This document shows, one piece after another, positions 47,335 to 56,981 of a stretch of DNA of 64,000 nucleotides; the first letter of the stretch is position 1; every line of letters begins with the position of its first letter. Location: positions 8,209 to 72,208 of the forward strand of contig CBIHPK010000002.1 of NCBI GenBank assembly GCA_966211675.1, in the 5' to 3' direction. The position numbers were made by a program, and so were the translations under genes. The notes beneath the pieces are model-generated. The model was not told the DNA's origin. It searched no databases and saw only the letters and a program-made list of their open reading frames with translations. The stretch comes from an uncultured Myxococcaceae bacterium. GTDB taxonomy: Bacteria; Myxococcota_A; Polyangia; Polyangiales; Ga0077539.

Positions 47335-49287
47335 ATGAGACCCCTCACGATGGCCTCGGCGCTGGGCTTCGCGCTGCTCTCCGCCGGCGTCCTCCACGCG
47401 CAGCCCGCGCCCTTCTACGACGTCACGCCGTCGCTGGCCTCGCTCCGGCCCGCGGCCCGCCAGTCCCTCGGCTCGTCCGGGGTCGGCCCCCTCGACTCGC
47501 TGCCCGGCTACAACCTCACGCTCACGGTCCAGCCCACGGCGCGGACCTTCGCCCTGCACGAGGAGCTGTACTTCACCAACACCGAGCGCTCGCCCATGCG
47601 CGAGGTGGTGCTGCGCCTCTACGCCAACGCGGTGCGCCCTCCCGCGCGCCGCCCTGGGGAGCCCGCGTGGGCGCCTCCGGTGCGCTTCACCCGAGGGGCC
47701 TGCGTCGCGACCACCTGCGCGGTGAGCGCCGAGTCGCCGTCGGTCCTCGTGGTCCGACCGGGCGCTCCGCTCGCTCCCGGCGCGAGGCTGCGCGTGACGC
47801 TCGACCTCGAGGCGACGCTCCCGGAGATCGCCGCCGGGCGCACCGGCCTGATGGCGCAGGGGATGGAGTCCCTCAGCGCGCTCTCCGCGGGCGAGAGCGG
47901 CGGCGACTACGGGCTGCTCGCGGTGGGCGACGGCGTGATGAGCATGGCCAACTTCTACCCGGTGCTCGCTCGCCGCGTGGACGGCCGCTGGGAGCGCACG
48001 GACGGAGGCGCGGTCGGAGACCTCGGCTCCGATGACCTGTCCAATGTCCACGCGCTCATCGACCTGCCCTCGGGCTACACCCTCGCGACGACCGGGACGG
48101 TGCTGCGCCGGGCCGAGGCCGCGGGGCGACAGCGGGTGGAGATCGGCGCGGCGGTGGTGCGCGACTTCGCGGTGATGACGGGCGCGACGCTGGAGGTCGC
48201 CACGCGCCGGGTGGGCGACGTGGAGGTGCGCTCGATCTTCCAGCGGCAGCACCGCGAGGCGGGACGGCGCGTGCTCGACGTGGCGGCCAGCGCGCTCGAG
48301 GTCTTCCAGCGGCGCTTCGGCCCCTATCCCTACGTCGACCTCGACGTGGTCGAGGCTCCGCTCGTGGGGGGCGCCGGGGGCGTGGAGTTCCCGGGGCTGG
48401 TCACCGTCGCGAGCATGTTCTACGGCGACGCCCCTGCGGTGCCGACGAGGGTGGGCGCTACCCCGGGCGGAGGGCTCGGCGACCTCGGGGGCCTGCTCTC
48501 CGCGCTGGGCGGTGGGGGTGGCGGCGCGTCGGCGATGCTCGGGCAGATGCTGCCGTCGATGCTGGAGTTCGTGACCGCCCACGAGGTGGCGCACCAGTGG
48601 TGGCACGCGCTGGTGGGCAGCGACTCTCGCGCCCACCCCTTCATCGACGAGTCGCTCGCGCAGTGGTCGGCGGCGCTCTACCTGGAGGAGCGCTACGGCG
48701 CCGAGCGATCGCGCCGCGACGCCGACATGCAGATCAAGATGAACTACCAGTTCATGCGCACGCTGGGTCAGACCGACGCCGCGGTGGACCGCCCCGCGTC
48801 GGCCTTCGCGACGCCCATCGCGTACGCGGGCCTCGTCTACGGCAAGGGCCCCTACCTCTACAACGCGTGGCGCACGGCCGCGGGCGACCCGGTGTTCTGG
48901 CGAGCCATGCAGCGCTACGTGACGACGTGGCGCTTCCGCACGGCGCCTGCGACGGGCTTCCTCGACGCGCTCGTGGCGGAGGACCGCGCCCACGCGGCGC
49001 GCTACCGGACGCTCGCCCGGCGCTGGCTGAACGAGGCCCACGGCGACGAGGACCTCGGCCAGATGGACCTCGGCGCCCTGGTGGGCAACCTGCTGGGCGG
49101 CCCCGGCGGACAGGCGTCGCCGGAGATGCAGGACGCGCTGCGGATGCTGGGTCCGCTGCTCCAGGGCATCGGTCGCCAGGGGGACGGCGGCGCTCCGTCG
49201 GGGCCCGCGGCGCCGGGCGGCGACGTCTCCCCGCAGCAGCTCCAGGAGCTCCTCAACGGCGTGATGCAGCAGCTCGAGACCCAGTAG
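47335..49287 (+). CDS. secreted M1-family (gluzincin) zinc metallopeptidase
   Basis: Signal peptide MRPLTMASALGFALLSAGVLHA. HEVAHQWWH is followed exactly 18 residues later by E (DESLAQW), which is the HExxH-x18-E signature. Confidence 0.85.
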   Translation: MRPLTMASALGFALLSAGVLHAQPAPFYDVTPSLASLRPAARQSLGSSGVGPLDSLPGYNLTLTVQPTARTFALHEELYFTNTERSPMREVVLRLYANAVRPPARRPGEPAWAPPVRFTRGACVATTCAVSAESPSVLVVRPGAPLAPGARLRVTLDLEATLPEIAAGRTGLMAQGMESLSALSAGESGGDYGLLAVGDGVMSMANFYPVLARRVDGRWERTDGGAVGDLGSDDLSNVHALIDLPSGYTLATTGTVLRRAEAAGRQRVEIGAAVVRDFAVMTGATLEVATRRVGDVEVRSIFQRQHREAGRRVLDVAASALEVFQRRFGPYPYVDLDVVEAPLVGGAGGVEFPGLVTVASMFYGDAPAVPTRVGATPGGGLGDLGGLLSALGGGGGGASAMLGQMLPSMLEFVTAHEVAHQWWHALVGSDSRAHPFIDESLAQWSAALYLEERYGAERSRRDADMQIKMNYQFMRTLGQTDAAVDRPASAFATPIAYAGLVYGKGPYLYNAWRTAAGDPVFWRAMQRYVTTWRFRTAPATGFLDALVAEDRAHAARYRTLARRWLNEAHGDEDLGQMDLGALVGNLLGGPGGQASPEMQDALRMLGPLLQGIGRQGDGGAPSGPAAPGGDVSPQQLQELLNGVMQQLETQ

Positions 49288-49289
49288 CG

Positions 49290-49808
49290 ATGACCACGAC
49301 GCAGTCCGACGACCCGCTGGTGGTCCGCGCGGCGAGGCGCGAGGACATGGCCGCGGTGGTGGCGATCTACAACGACGCCGTGCTGCGCACGACCGCGACC
49401 TTCGACTACGAGCCCCGCGAGCTCGCCCAGCAGCAGGGCCTCTTCGACGAGAAGACCCGCGACGGCTACGGCTTCCTCGTGGCCGACGACGCCGCTCGCG
49501 GGGTGCTGGGCTTCGCGACCTACGGGCTCTACCGCGGTCGCCCCGGCTGGCGCTTCGCCTGCGAGCACTCGGTCTACGTGGCCGACGACGCTCGTCGCCG
49601 AGGCATCGGTCGGAGGCTCATCGCGCCGCTGATCGAGCACGCCCGGGCGAGGGGCTTCCACACGATGGTGGGCGTGCTGGACGCGGGCAACGCGGCCTCG
49701 CTCGCGCTGCATCACTCCTGCGGCTTCAAGACCTTCGGGGTGCTGCGCGAAGGCGGCTACAAGTTCGACCGCTGGCTGGACGTGGCGATGGTCGGCATCC
49801 GGCTCTGA
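49290..49808 (+). CDS. GNAT N-acetyltransferase, phosphinothricin/methionine-sulfoximine acetyltransferase (PAT)-like
   Basis: VRAARREDMAAVVAIYNDAV..TATFDYEP, SVYVADDARRRGIGRRLI, FHTMVGVL and GYKFDRWLDV parallel Bar/PAT proteins. Confidence 0.85.
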   Translation: MTTTQSDDPLVVRAARREDMAAVVAIYNDAVLRTTATFDYEPRELAQQQGLFDEKTRDGYGFLVADDAARGVLGFATYGLYRGRPGWRFACEHSVYVADDARRRGIGRRLIAPLIEHARARGFHTMVGVLDAGNAASLALHHSCGFKTFGVLREGGYKFDRWLDVAMVGIRL

Positions 49809-49830
49809 AGGCCTCTCCCGACGCGGCGCC

Positions 49831-50271
49831 TCAGGCCTTCATCGCCCGGTCGTAGAGCACCACGGTGGCGGCCATCGCGACGTTGAGCGGGTACGCCCCC
49901 GGGAGGATCACCGTGTCGTGCATCCGCATGATCCCTTCGGGCAGCGTGCCGTCCTCGGGACCGAGCAGGTAGACGCCCCTCGCGGGGTGCTTGTAGGTCC
50001 GGATGTCGAGCGCCCCGGGGGTGAGCTCCACGCAGACGAGCCGAGCGTTCGCGGGGATCGACCCGATGAAGTCCTCCATCGTCTTGAAGTGGAAGAGCGG
50101 GAGCGTGAGCTCGGCGCCGATCGAGCTCTGCTCCTGCGGGTTGCGGTTGCCCACGCTGAACACGAAGTCGGCCCCGAAGACCCGCGCCGTGCGGATCAAC
50201 GCCCCGAAGTTGTGCGTGCGTTTGACGTTGTAGATGCCGATGCCGAGGTAGCCGTTCGCGGGGCTCTTCAC
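49831..50271 (-). CDS. SpoU/TrmH-family RNA 2'-O-methyltransferase
   Basis: NFGALIRTARVFGADFVF, YLLGPEDGTLPEGI and PLNVAMAATVVLYD. Start is placed at a GTG overlapping the upstream stop (GTGA at 50268-50271). Confidence 0.8.
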   Translation of the reverse strand: MKSPANGYLGIGIYNVKRTHNFGALIRTARVFGADFVFSVGNRNPQEQSSIGAELTLPLFHFKTMEDFIGSIPANARLVCVELTPGALDIRTYKHPARGVYLLGPEDGTLPEGIMRMHDTVILPGAYPLNVAMAATVVLYDRAMKA

Positions 50272-52532
50272 CGGGCACCGCCCGCGAGTGAGCCCCCCGC
50301 GAGCCAGGCGGGCGTCGTCGCCCTCGCGATCTCCGCGCGCCACCGCTGGTCCGTGAGCCGGTCGAAGCCCTCGGTCACCCGCTCACGGTAGCTCGACGCG
50401 AAGCCCACGTAGGCCCGCTCCCGCCCCGGAGCGCCCGCGACCACCACCATCGCCTGCGGCGCCGCGGTGCCGATGTGCAGCACCCGCCCCACGGGCGCGC
50501 CGGACTCGTCCTCGGGCTGCGTGTGCACGTCCGCCACGATCGCCCGATCGGTGCCGAGCTGCATCCGCGGCTCGTACAGGTCGTAGAGCCAGCCGCCGTC
50601 GACGCGCGTCTCCGTGGCGCACACCACGTTCACCTCGCGGGCGTTGAGGCCGAGGTTCACCCACGCGAGCTGAGCCTCCGTGGGCTCCGCGCCCGACCGC
50701 TCCCGCTCGGCGATCTCCCCCAGCCGGCGCACCACCTCGCGCGCCCCGGCGGACCAGCGCGTCCAGCGGGTGCGCGCGGCCTCGTCGCGCCACGGGACGC
50801 TCGCCACCAGCGACTGCGCCCGCTCGGTCCATCGAGCCAGCGCGCTCCACACCGCGGGGTAGGGGTCGACGTAGGCCTGCGGGTACGAGCACCCCAGCGA
50901 CATCGTGTACGACTGCGCCGCGTAGAGCACCATGTCGTGGCGGACCTCCGCCCACGCCGCCATCTGCGTGTTGAGGAGCCGACGTCCCCACGCCTCGGTG
51001 GTCATCGTCGCGGGCAGCGTGGTGCCCTCCGAGAGCGCCTCCCTCGGAGAGAGCGTGCGCAGCGCGGCGGTCCACGAGGCGTAGAGGCTATCCCGCCAGT
51101 AGCTCGCCTCGTGGGCGTCCACGAGCTCGCGCGCGGTGACCAGCTCCGTCGCGTAGTCGTGGCGGTCGAGCGAGGAGCGCAGCAGCGCGGCGGCCTGGTC
51201 GTTGCCGAGCGCGGCGAAGGCGGCGTCGAGCGGATCGGGCATCATCCGCGGGACGCGGCCCCCGTCGACGCGGTCGAAGCTCACCCGCGAGAGCACCATC
51301 GAGTCGGGCGTGTAGCGCTGCGGCGCGAAGGAGAAGGTCACCGGCTGCGGCACCGTCCCGTCGTAGCCGTCGGGGTGCACCAGCAGCGAGGTGGCCACCC
51401 GGGGACGCTCGCCCCGCTGCGCGTCGATGAGCGAGAGCAGGCGCTCGTCGGAGGCGTTGGCGGGCTCTCTTCCCACCGCCGTCGCGAGGGCGTCGAGGTC
51501 CGCGTAGGTCAGCGCCTCGGGCTCGCCCGCGAAGGCCCCGATGGCCTGCTCGACGCGGGTGAAGGCCGCGCGCGTCGGGGCGTCGGAGAGCGAGCGCATC
51601 GCGAGCGCGGCCGAGAGCTGGCGGCGTCGCAGCACCCGCCGACCCTCGACCACGTCCACCAGCCGGAGACCCTCCCTCCCCAGGAACATCACCGCCCGGA
51701 AGTACCGCTCCCTCGACGGCTCTCCGGCGTAGTGGCCGCGAGGGCGCATCTGCGAGAGGTCCACGTCTCGGGGGCTGCCGAAGAGCTCGATGCGCGCGTT
51801 GCCGGTGCCCGCGCTCGCCGCCGCGACGAGCGCTCGAACGGCCGCCGCGTCCGCCCCGGCCACGGGCTCGATCGGGGTCCCTTCGAGGAGGCCTCTCGCG
51901 GTCGTGAGGTAGGTGTCGAGGTCGATCCGGGTGTCGCGAGGGAGGGCCGCGCCCGATGGGCCCGAGAGGGCCTGGTGCAGCCCCGCGAGCCCCTCGGAGA
52001 GGGAGCGAGCGAGGGCGTGCTCCTCGATGTCGGCGACCAGGGTGTCGAAGCTCTCGTGGAGCGCGTTGAAGATCACGTCCGCGCTCAGATAGACGGGCTG
52101 ATCGGCCAGGTAGAGCGAGACGTAGCCGGAGATGAAGTTGGGCCGGTGCAGCCGCGGCGCGAGGGCGAAGCCGCGAGCCCTCAGCTGGTCGAGCTCCTCC
52201 CCCCGGAGCGCGAAGGGACCGCGCTGCACCGTGGACATCCCCTCCACGTCGTCGGGGTCGAGCTCCGTCTCTCCGGCGAAGGGCACTGAGTGTCGCGAGA
52301 GCAGCTCCGTCGGCGTCAGCCGGTGATCCGTCGGCAGGCGCGCTCGCATCGCCGCCCGGTCGAGCGCGGCGGCCGGAGCGACGTACCGCGCGACCGCCCC
52401 CAGCGGCCCGCCCGCCCCCGGCGGCTGGCGCGACGCCGAGCGCACCCGGTGCCTCGCGGTGCCGCACGCGACCAGGGCCACCACCGACATCGCCAACACC
52501 GTGCCGCGCTGCGCTCTCATGGCGCGGACCAT
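50268..52532 (-). CDS. large lipoprotein, possibly DUF3160-like (function unknown)
   Basis: Signal and lipobox VVALVACG, about 750 aa with consistent GC3 bias. The DUF3160 assignment is from memory of the overall architecture only. Confidence 0.65.
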   Translation of the reverse strand: MVRAMRAQRGTVLAMSVVALVACGTARHRVRSASRQPPGAGGPLGAVARYVAPAAALDRAAMRARLPTDHRLTPTELLSRHSVPFAGETELDPDDVEGMSTVQRGPFALRGEELDQLRARGFALAPRLHRPNFISGYVSLYLADQPVYLSADVIFNALHESFDTLVADIEEHALARSLSEGLAGLHQALSGPSGAALPRDTRIDLDTYLTTARGLLEGTPIEPVAGADAAAVRALVAAASAGTGNARIELFGSPRDVDLSQMRPRGHYAGEPSRERYFRAVMFLGREGLRLVDVVEGRRVLRRRQLSAALAMRSLSDAPTRAAFTRVEQAIGAFAGEPEALTYADLDALATAVGREPANASDERLLSLIDAQRGERPRVATSLLVHPDGYDGTVPQPVTFSFAPQRYTPDSMVLSRVSFDRVDGGRVPRMMPDPLDAAFAALGNDQAAALLRSSLDRHDYATELVTARELVDAHEASYWRDSLYASWTAALRTLSPREALSEGTTLPATMTTEAWGRRLLNTQMAAWAEVRHDMVLYAAQSYTMSLGCSYPQAYVDPYPAVWSALARWTERAQSLVASVPWRDEAARTRWTRWSAGAREVVRRLGEIAERERSGAEPTEAQLAWVNLGLNAREVNVVCATETRVDGGWLYDLYEPRMQLGTDRAIVADVHTQPEDESGAPVGRVLHIGTAAPQAMVVVAGAPGRERAYVGFASSYRERVTEGFDRLTDQRWRAEIARATTPAWLAGGSLAGGAR

Positions 52533-52548
52533 ATCGCGACCCGCACCG

Positions 52549-53643
52549 CTACGACCGACCGGGGCCCAGCAGCCCGCCGCCGCCGCGCGATCCCCTGGAG
52601 CCGTCGACGCCCTTGTGGAGCACCAGGCTCTTGCCCGCCTCGCGTCCCTGGGCGTGGGCCGAGGTGCGCGTGGCCGCCGCGCGGCTGATGGTGCGCACCC
52701 TCGGATACCTGCGCTGGTAATACTCGTCCAGCGCCGGGTCGCCCGCCCACACGAGGCCCGTCTCCTGCTGGCCCTTTCGCTCGGCGCGCAGCTTCTCGAG
52801 GAAGCCCATCATCACGCCGGTGCGGTACGCGCGGCGGTCGCGGTCGCCGGTGAGCCGGTGCTGGCGCTTGTGCAGCGTCCACCGGGCGTCCGCGGTGTGG
52901 TCGAGGAAGGAGTGGACGTACTCGGCCATGGAGACGTTCTCCGGCGTGCCGATGACCTCCAGCACCGAGCCCGCGCGGCCCTCTCGAACGCGCCACACGT
53001 TGACCCAGATGCACTGCACGAAGAAGTGCTCCGACAGGATCGCCGCCAGGAAGCGCGACGCCTCCTCCACCCGCCCGCTGGGCTCTCCCAGGTGCTTGTG
53101 GATGTAGCCCCTCGCGGCCTTCGCCCGCACCGCGTCGAGGTTGTACTTGAGCATGAGCTTCTGCGCGGTGTTCATCGCGGTCTGCGCCTCGTGCTCGTTG
53201 GGGCTGCCGGCCAGCGCGAGCAGCTTGGCGATCTTGTCGAGCGCCGAGGCCGTCGCCGCGTCCGTCGACCCGCTCGCCGAGGGCACCCCCGTGGCGCCGC
53301 CGTCGATGCCCCGGTCCGCGCACACCCGCTGAAACACCGGGCCGTGCGCGGTCTCGTCGCGCACGCCGATGACCTCGTCGACGAACTGGTGCGCCATCTC
53401 GTGCTTGAGCACCTCCAGCACCACGCCCCAGGGCTGGTCGATCAGGAAGCGCCGCGACAGCTCGATGGCCCGCTCGCCGCGCATCCAGCGGCCGAGGAAG
53501 CCCGTCGCGCTGGAGAGGCGCATCGCGGGCGGGCGCATGCGGTCCTGGAAGAGGCCGTAGTTGAGGTTGCGCCAGTCGTCCGTGAGGGCGCGCAGGGCGG
53601 CGGCGGCGAGGTCGGCGGAGAGTTCTTCGAGCTTCGATTCCAT
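52549..53643 (-). CDS. SprT-like zinc metalloprotease domain fused to DUF2786-like helical domain
   Basis: Start at MESKLEEL. It has HExxH in LKHEMAHQFVDE (SprT-like) and KIAKLLALAGSPNEHEAQTAMNTAQKLMLKYNL (a DUF2786-type motif). Confidence 0.7.
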   Translation of the reverse strand: MESKLEELSADLAAAALRALTDDWRNLNYGLFQDRMRPPAMRLSSATGFLGRWMRGERAIELSRRFLIDQPWGVVLEVLKHEMAHQFVDEVIGVRDETAHGPVFQRVCADRGIDGGATGVPSASGSTDAATASALDKIAKLLALAGSPNEHEAQTAMNTAQKLMLKYNLDAVRAKAARGYIHKHLGEPSGRVEEASRFLAAILSEHFFVQCIWVNVWRVREGRAGSVLEVIGTPENVSMAEYVHSFLDHTADARWTLHKRQHRLTGDRDRRAYRTGVMMGFLEKLRAERKGQQETGLVWAGDPALDEYYQRRYPRVRTISRAAATRTSAHAQGREAGKSLVLHKGVDGSRGSRGGGGLLGPGRS

Positions 53644-53726
53644 CGGCAGGCGCAGCAAGAGAGCACACGCCCCCGGACCGGGCCAGTTGGCGTCGCGGGG
53701 CCCCGCGGGTAGTGTCACCGGCCCCG

Positions 53727-54776
53727 ATGATCACCGACGCGATTCTCCAGCCCGCCGAGTGGGCCCCGCACGACGCCGTGTGGCTCGCCTGGCCCAGCCA
53801 CGAAGAACTCTGGAAGCTCGCTCTGCCCGAGGCGAGGCGCTCCTTCACGGCGCTCGCCCGCGCCATCGCCCGCCACGGCGGCGAGCGGCTGGAGGTGCTC
53901 GCGCCCGACGCCGTCGAGGAGACCGTCGCCCGCGCCGCGCTCGAGGGGCTCGACGCGCGCTTCCACCAGATTCCCTTCGGCGACATCTGGGTGCGCGACA
54001 CGCTCCCGGTCTTCATGCACGACCGCGACGGCTCCGTCGTCGCCTCGCGCTTCGCCTTCAACGGCTGGGGCGGCAAATACAACCTCCGGTATGACGACAC
54101 CGTCGGCGACGCGGTCGCGAGGGCCTCGGGATTTCGCACCCTCCGCCACGAGCTGGTGCTGGAGGGCGGCAGCATCGAGGTCGACGGCGAGGGCACCGTG
54201 CTCAGCTCTCGGCAGTGCCTGCTCAACCCCAACCGCAACCCCGGGATGGACGAGGCCGCCATCACCCGCGCCGTCCTCGACGCCTTCGGCGGCACCACCC
54301 TGCTCTGGGTCACCGACGGCCTCCTCAACGACCACACCGACGGGCACATCGACACCATCGCGCGCTTCGTCGCCCCTGGCGTCATCGCCCTGATGGAGCC
54401 CTCCGGCAGCGACGACCCCAACCGGGACATCCTGCTCCGACTGCGCGACGAGCTCACCGGTCAGCGCGACGCGCTCGGCCGCCCCATCGAGCTCGTCTAC
54501 GTCCCGTCGCCGGGCCGCGTCGAGGACGACGACGGCCGGGTGATGCCCGCGAGCCACCTGAACTTCTACATCGGCAACCGCACCGTGGTGGTCCCGACCT
54601 ACGGCACCCGCTACGACGCCGCCGCCGCGAGGGCCGTCGAGAAGCTCTTCCCCGGTCGCCACGTCGAGGCCGTCGACGCGCGGGCCATCCTCGAGGGCGG
54701 CGGAGCCTTCCACTGCATCACCCAGCAGCAGCCCACGCGCCGCCTGCCCAACGGGAGCTCAAGCCAGACGCCATGA
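53727..54776 (+). CDS. aguA: agmatine deiminase
   Basis: QPAEWAPHDAVWLAWP, FGDIWVRDTLP, EGGSIEVDGEGT, DGHIDT and catalytic GGGAFHCITQQQP. Start moved from GTG 53712 to ATG 53727. Confidence 0.9.
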   Translation: MITDAILQPAEWAPHDAVWLAWPSHEELWKLALPEARRSFTALARAIARHGGERLEVLAPDAVEETVARAALEGLDARFHQIPFGDIWVRDTLPVFMHDRDGSVVASRFAFNGWGGKYNLRYDDTVGDAVARASGFRTLRHELVLEGGSIEVDGEGTVLSSRQCLLNPNRNPGMDEAAITRAVLDAFGGTTLLWVTDGLLNDHTDGHIDTIARFVAPGVIALMEPSGSDDPNRDILLRLRDELTGQRDALGRPIELVYVPSPGRVEDDDGRVMPASHLNFYIGNRTVVVPTYGTRYDAAAARAVEKLFPGRHVEAVDARAILEGGGAFHCITQQQPTRRLPNGSSSQTP

Positions 54777-55639
54777 AGACCACCGTCGCGGTCATCCAGT
54801 GTCCGCTCGGCGATGACCGGGAGACCAACGTCGCCCGGGTCATCGACCACGTCCGCTCCGCCGCCGCGCGGGGCGCCAACGTCATCCTGCCCCCCGAGCT
54901 CTTCGAGGGGCCCTATTTCTGCCGCGTGGAGGACGAGCGCGAGCTGCTCCGCGCGATGCCCTTCGAGAACAACCCCACCATCGCCCGCTTCTCCGAGCTC
55001 GCCCGGGAGCTCGGGGTTGTGATCCCGGTGTCCTTCTTCGAGGTGGCGGGGCAGGCCTACTACAACAGCCTCGCGATGGTGGACGCGGACGGCGCGGTGA
55101 TGGGCCTCTATCGCAAGAGCCACATCCCCGATGGTCCGGGCTACGAGGAGAAGTTCTACTTCCGCCCCGGCGACACCGGCTTCAAGGTCTGGAACACCCG
55201 CCACGGCAGCCTCGGCGTCGGCATCTGCTGGGACCAGTGGTACCCCGAGTGCGCCCGCGCGATGATGCTGATGGGCGCCGAGCTGCTGCTCTATCCCACG
55301 GCCATCGGCAGCGAGCCGCACGACCCCTCGCTCGACACCCGCGACCCGTGGCAGCGCGCCATGATCGGCCACGCGGTCTCCAACGTGGTGCCCGTGTGCG
55401 GCGCCAACCGCATCGGCACCGAGGACGGTCAGCTCTTCTACGGCAGCTCCTTCTGCGCCGACCACCGCGGCGACATGGTGGCCGAGCTCTCCCGCACCGA
55501 GGAGGGGGCCGCCATCGCCGCCTTCGACCTGGCGCTCTCCCGACGGATGCGCGGCGCCTGGGGCTTCTTCCGCGACCGGCGCGCCGACCTCTACGACGTG
55601 CTCCTCACCGCGGACGGGCGTCGACCGGTCAAGCCATGA
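54773..55639 (+). CDS. aguB: N-carbamoylputrescine amidase (CN-hydrolase)
   Basis: ATGA overlap with aguA. The Glu-Lys-Cys triad context is LPPELFEGPYF, YRKSHIPDGPGYEEKFYF and GVGICWDQWYPE. Confidence 0.9.
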   Translation: MKTTVAVIQCPLGDDRETNVARVIDHVRSAAARGANVILPPELFEGPYFCRVEDERELLRAMPFENNPTIARFSELARELGVVIPVSFFEVAGQAYYNSLAMVDADGAVMGLYRKSHIPDGPGYEEKFYFRPGDTGFKVWNTRHGSLGVGICWDQWYPECARAMMLMGAELLLYPTAIGSEPHDPSLDTRDPWQRAMIGHAVSNVVPVCGANRIGTEDGQLFYGSSFCADHRGDMVAELSRTEEGAAIAAFDLALSRRMRGAWGFFRDRRADLYDVLLTADGRRPVKP

Positions 55640-56550
55640 CGGCCCGCGCCTTCGCCGCGCTCCCTCCCTTGAAGCCCGGCGACGCCGTGGCGGTCATCGC
55701 CCCGAGCGGCCCGACGGACCACGCCGAGCTCGACGCCGGCGTGGCCTGGTGCGCGGGGCGGTATCGGGTGAGCGTCGGGGCGTCGGCGAAGCGCCGCGAG
55801 GGCTTCCTCGCCGGGGACGACGAGGCCCGCGCGGCGGACATCACCGCGGCCCTCGAAGACCGCGCCATCCGGGCGGTGCACGCCGCGCGCGGAGGCTACG
55901 GGCTCACCCGCCTCCTCGAGCGCCACGCGCCCCGCTGGATCGAGCTCCTGCGCCGCGACCCGAAGCCCCTGGTGGGCTTCAGCGACGTGACCGCCCTGCA
56001 CGCCGTGTGGTCCCTCGCGGGCGTGCGCTCGGTCCACGGGACGATGGTGCTCGCGCTCGGCCGGCGCGGCGGCGACCCCGAGCTCGCGGCCGTGCTGGAG
56101 GGCGCCGCCCCGGAGCGCTGGACGGGCCTCGCCACCTGGTCCGAGGGAGCCGCTCCGTCGGTGAGCGGTCGCGCCATGGGAGGCAACCTCTCCCTCCTCG
56201 CGGCCCTCCAGGGAACGCCCTGTCAGCTCCCCCTCGAAGACCGCGTGCTCTTCCTCGAAGACGTCGGCGAGGCGCCCTACCGGGTCGATCGCATGCTCAC
56301 CTCGCTGCGCTCTTCGGGCGCGCTGCGCGGGGTGCGCGCGGTGGTGCTCGGCGAGTTCACCCGATGCGACACTCGCGACGACGGCGTCCCCATCGAGTCG
56401 GTGCTGCGAGAGCGCCTGGCGACGCTGGGGGTCCCGGTGCTGGCGGGCGCCCCCTTCGGGCACGGCCGCGAGCACCGGCCCTGGGTGCAGGGCTCCGAGG
56501 TGACGGTGCTGCGCAGCGGTGAGGTGGTCTTCGAGGAGGGCCTCTCGTGA
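55636..56550 (+). CDS. ldcA: LD-carboxypeptidase (peptidase S66, muramoyltetrapeptide carboxypeptidase)
   Basis: ATGA overlap with aguB. Motifs: VAVIAPSGP, AARGGYGLTRLL, nucleophile GFSDVTALH, and LEDVGEAPYRVDRML. Confidence 0.85.
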   Translation: MTARAFAALPPLKPGDAVAVIAPSGPTDHAELDAGVAWCAGRYRVSVGASAKRREGFLAGDDEARAADITAALEDRAIRAVHAARGGYGLTRLLERHAPRWIELLRRDPKPLVGFSDVTALHAVWSLAGVRSVHGTMVLALGRRGGDPELAAVLEGAAPERWTGLATWSEGAAPSVSGRAMGGNLSLLAALQGTPCQLPLEDRVLFLEDVGEAPYRVDRMLTSLRSSGALRGVRAVVLGEFTRCDTRDDGVPIESVLRERLATLGVPVLAGAPFGHGREHRPWVQGSEVTVLRSGEVVFEEGLS

Positions 56551-56981
56551 AGCGCCTGGGCATCGACCTGGGCGCGCGGCGCATCGGCGTGGCGGTGCAC
56601 TCCGAGGAGGGCGTCCCGGCGCGTCCGCTGGAGACGCTGGTGCTGTCCGAGCCCACGCAGGCGGTCGGCGCGGTGGTCGCCGTGGCGCTGCGCGAGGCCG
56701 CCGAGGAGCTGGTCGTCGGGCTCCCGTTGAACATGGACGGCAGCGAGGGGATGAAGGCCCGCGCGGCCCGCACCTTCGCCGGGCTGCTGGGGCGCAAGAC
56801 GAAGCTCCCGGTGATCCTCTGGGATGAGCGGCTCACCACGGTGCAGGCGCAGCGAGCCCGCACGGCGTCGGGCCGCCGGGGCCGGGAGGGCATCGACGCG
56901 GAGGTCGCGGCGATCCTGCTGCAGGCCTACCTCGACTCGAAGGCGGGAGCGGGCGCTTGGCCAGACGACCCAGATCAGTAG
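56547..56981 (+). CDS. ruvX: Holliday-junction resolvase-like nuclease RuvX (YqgF)
   Basis: The GTG start overlaps the ldcA stop. Motifs: LGIDLGARRIGVAV, VVGLPLNMDGSEG, WDERLTT and DAEVAAILLQAYLD. Confidence 0.9.
   Translation: MKRLGIDLGARRIGVAVHSEEGVPARPLETLVLSEPTQAVGAVVAVALREAAEELVVGLPLNMDGSEGMKARAARTFAGLLGRKTKLPVILWDERLTTVQAQRARTASGRRGREGIDAEVAAILLQAYLDSKAGAGAWPDDPDQ

Noticed and set aside
49806-49841. The inverted repeat TGAAGGCC...GGCCTTCA between the convergent GNAT and SpoU genes, as a bidirectional terminator.
   Set aside because: The 8-bp arms are separated by a 20-nt loop and both arms include the stop codons. It is thermodynamically weak with no U-tract, so it is not reported as a feature.
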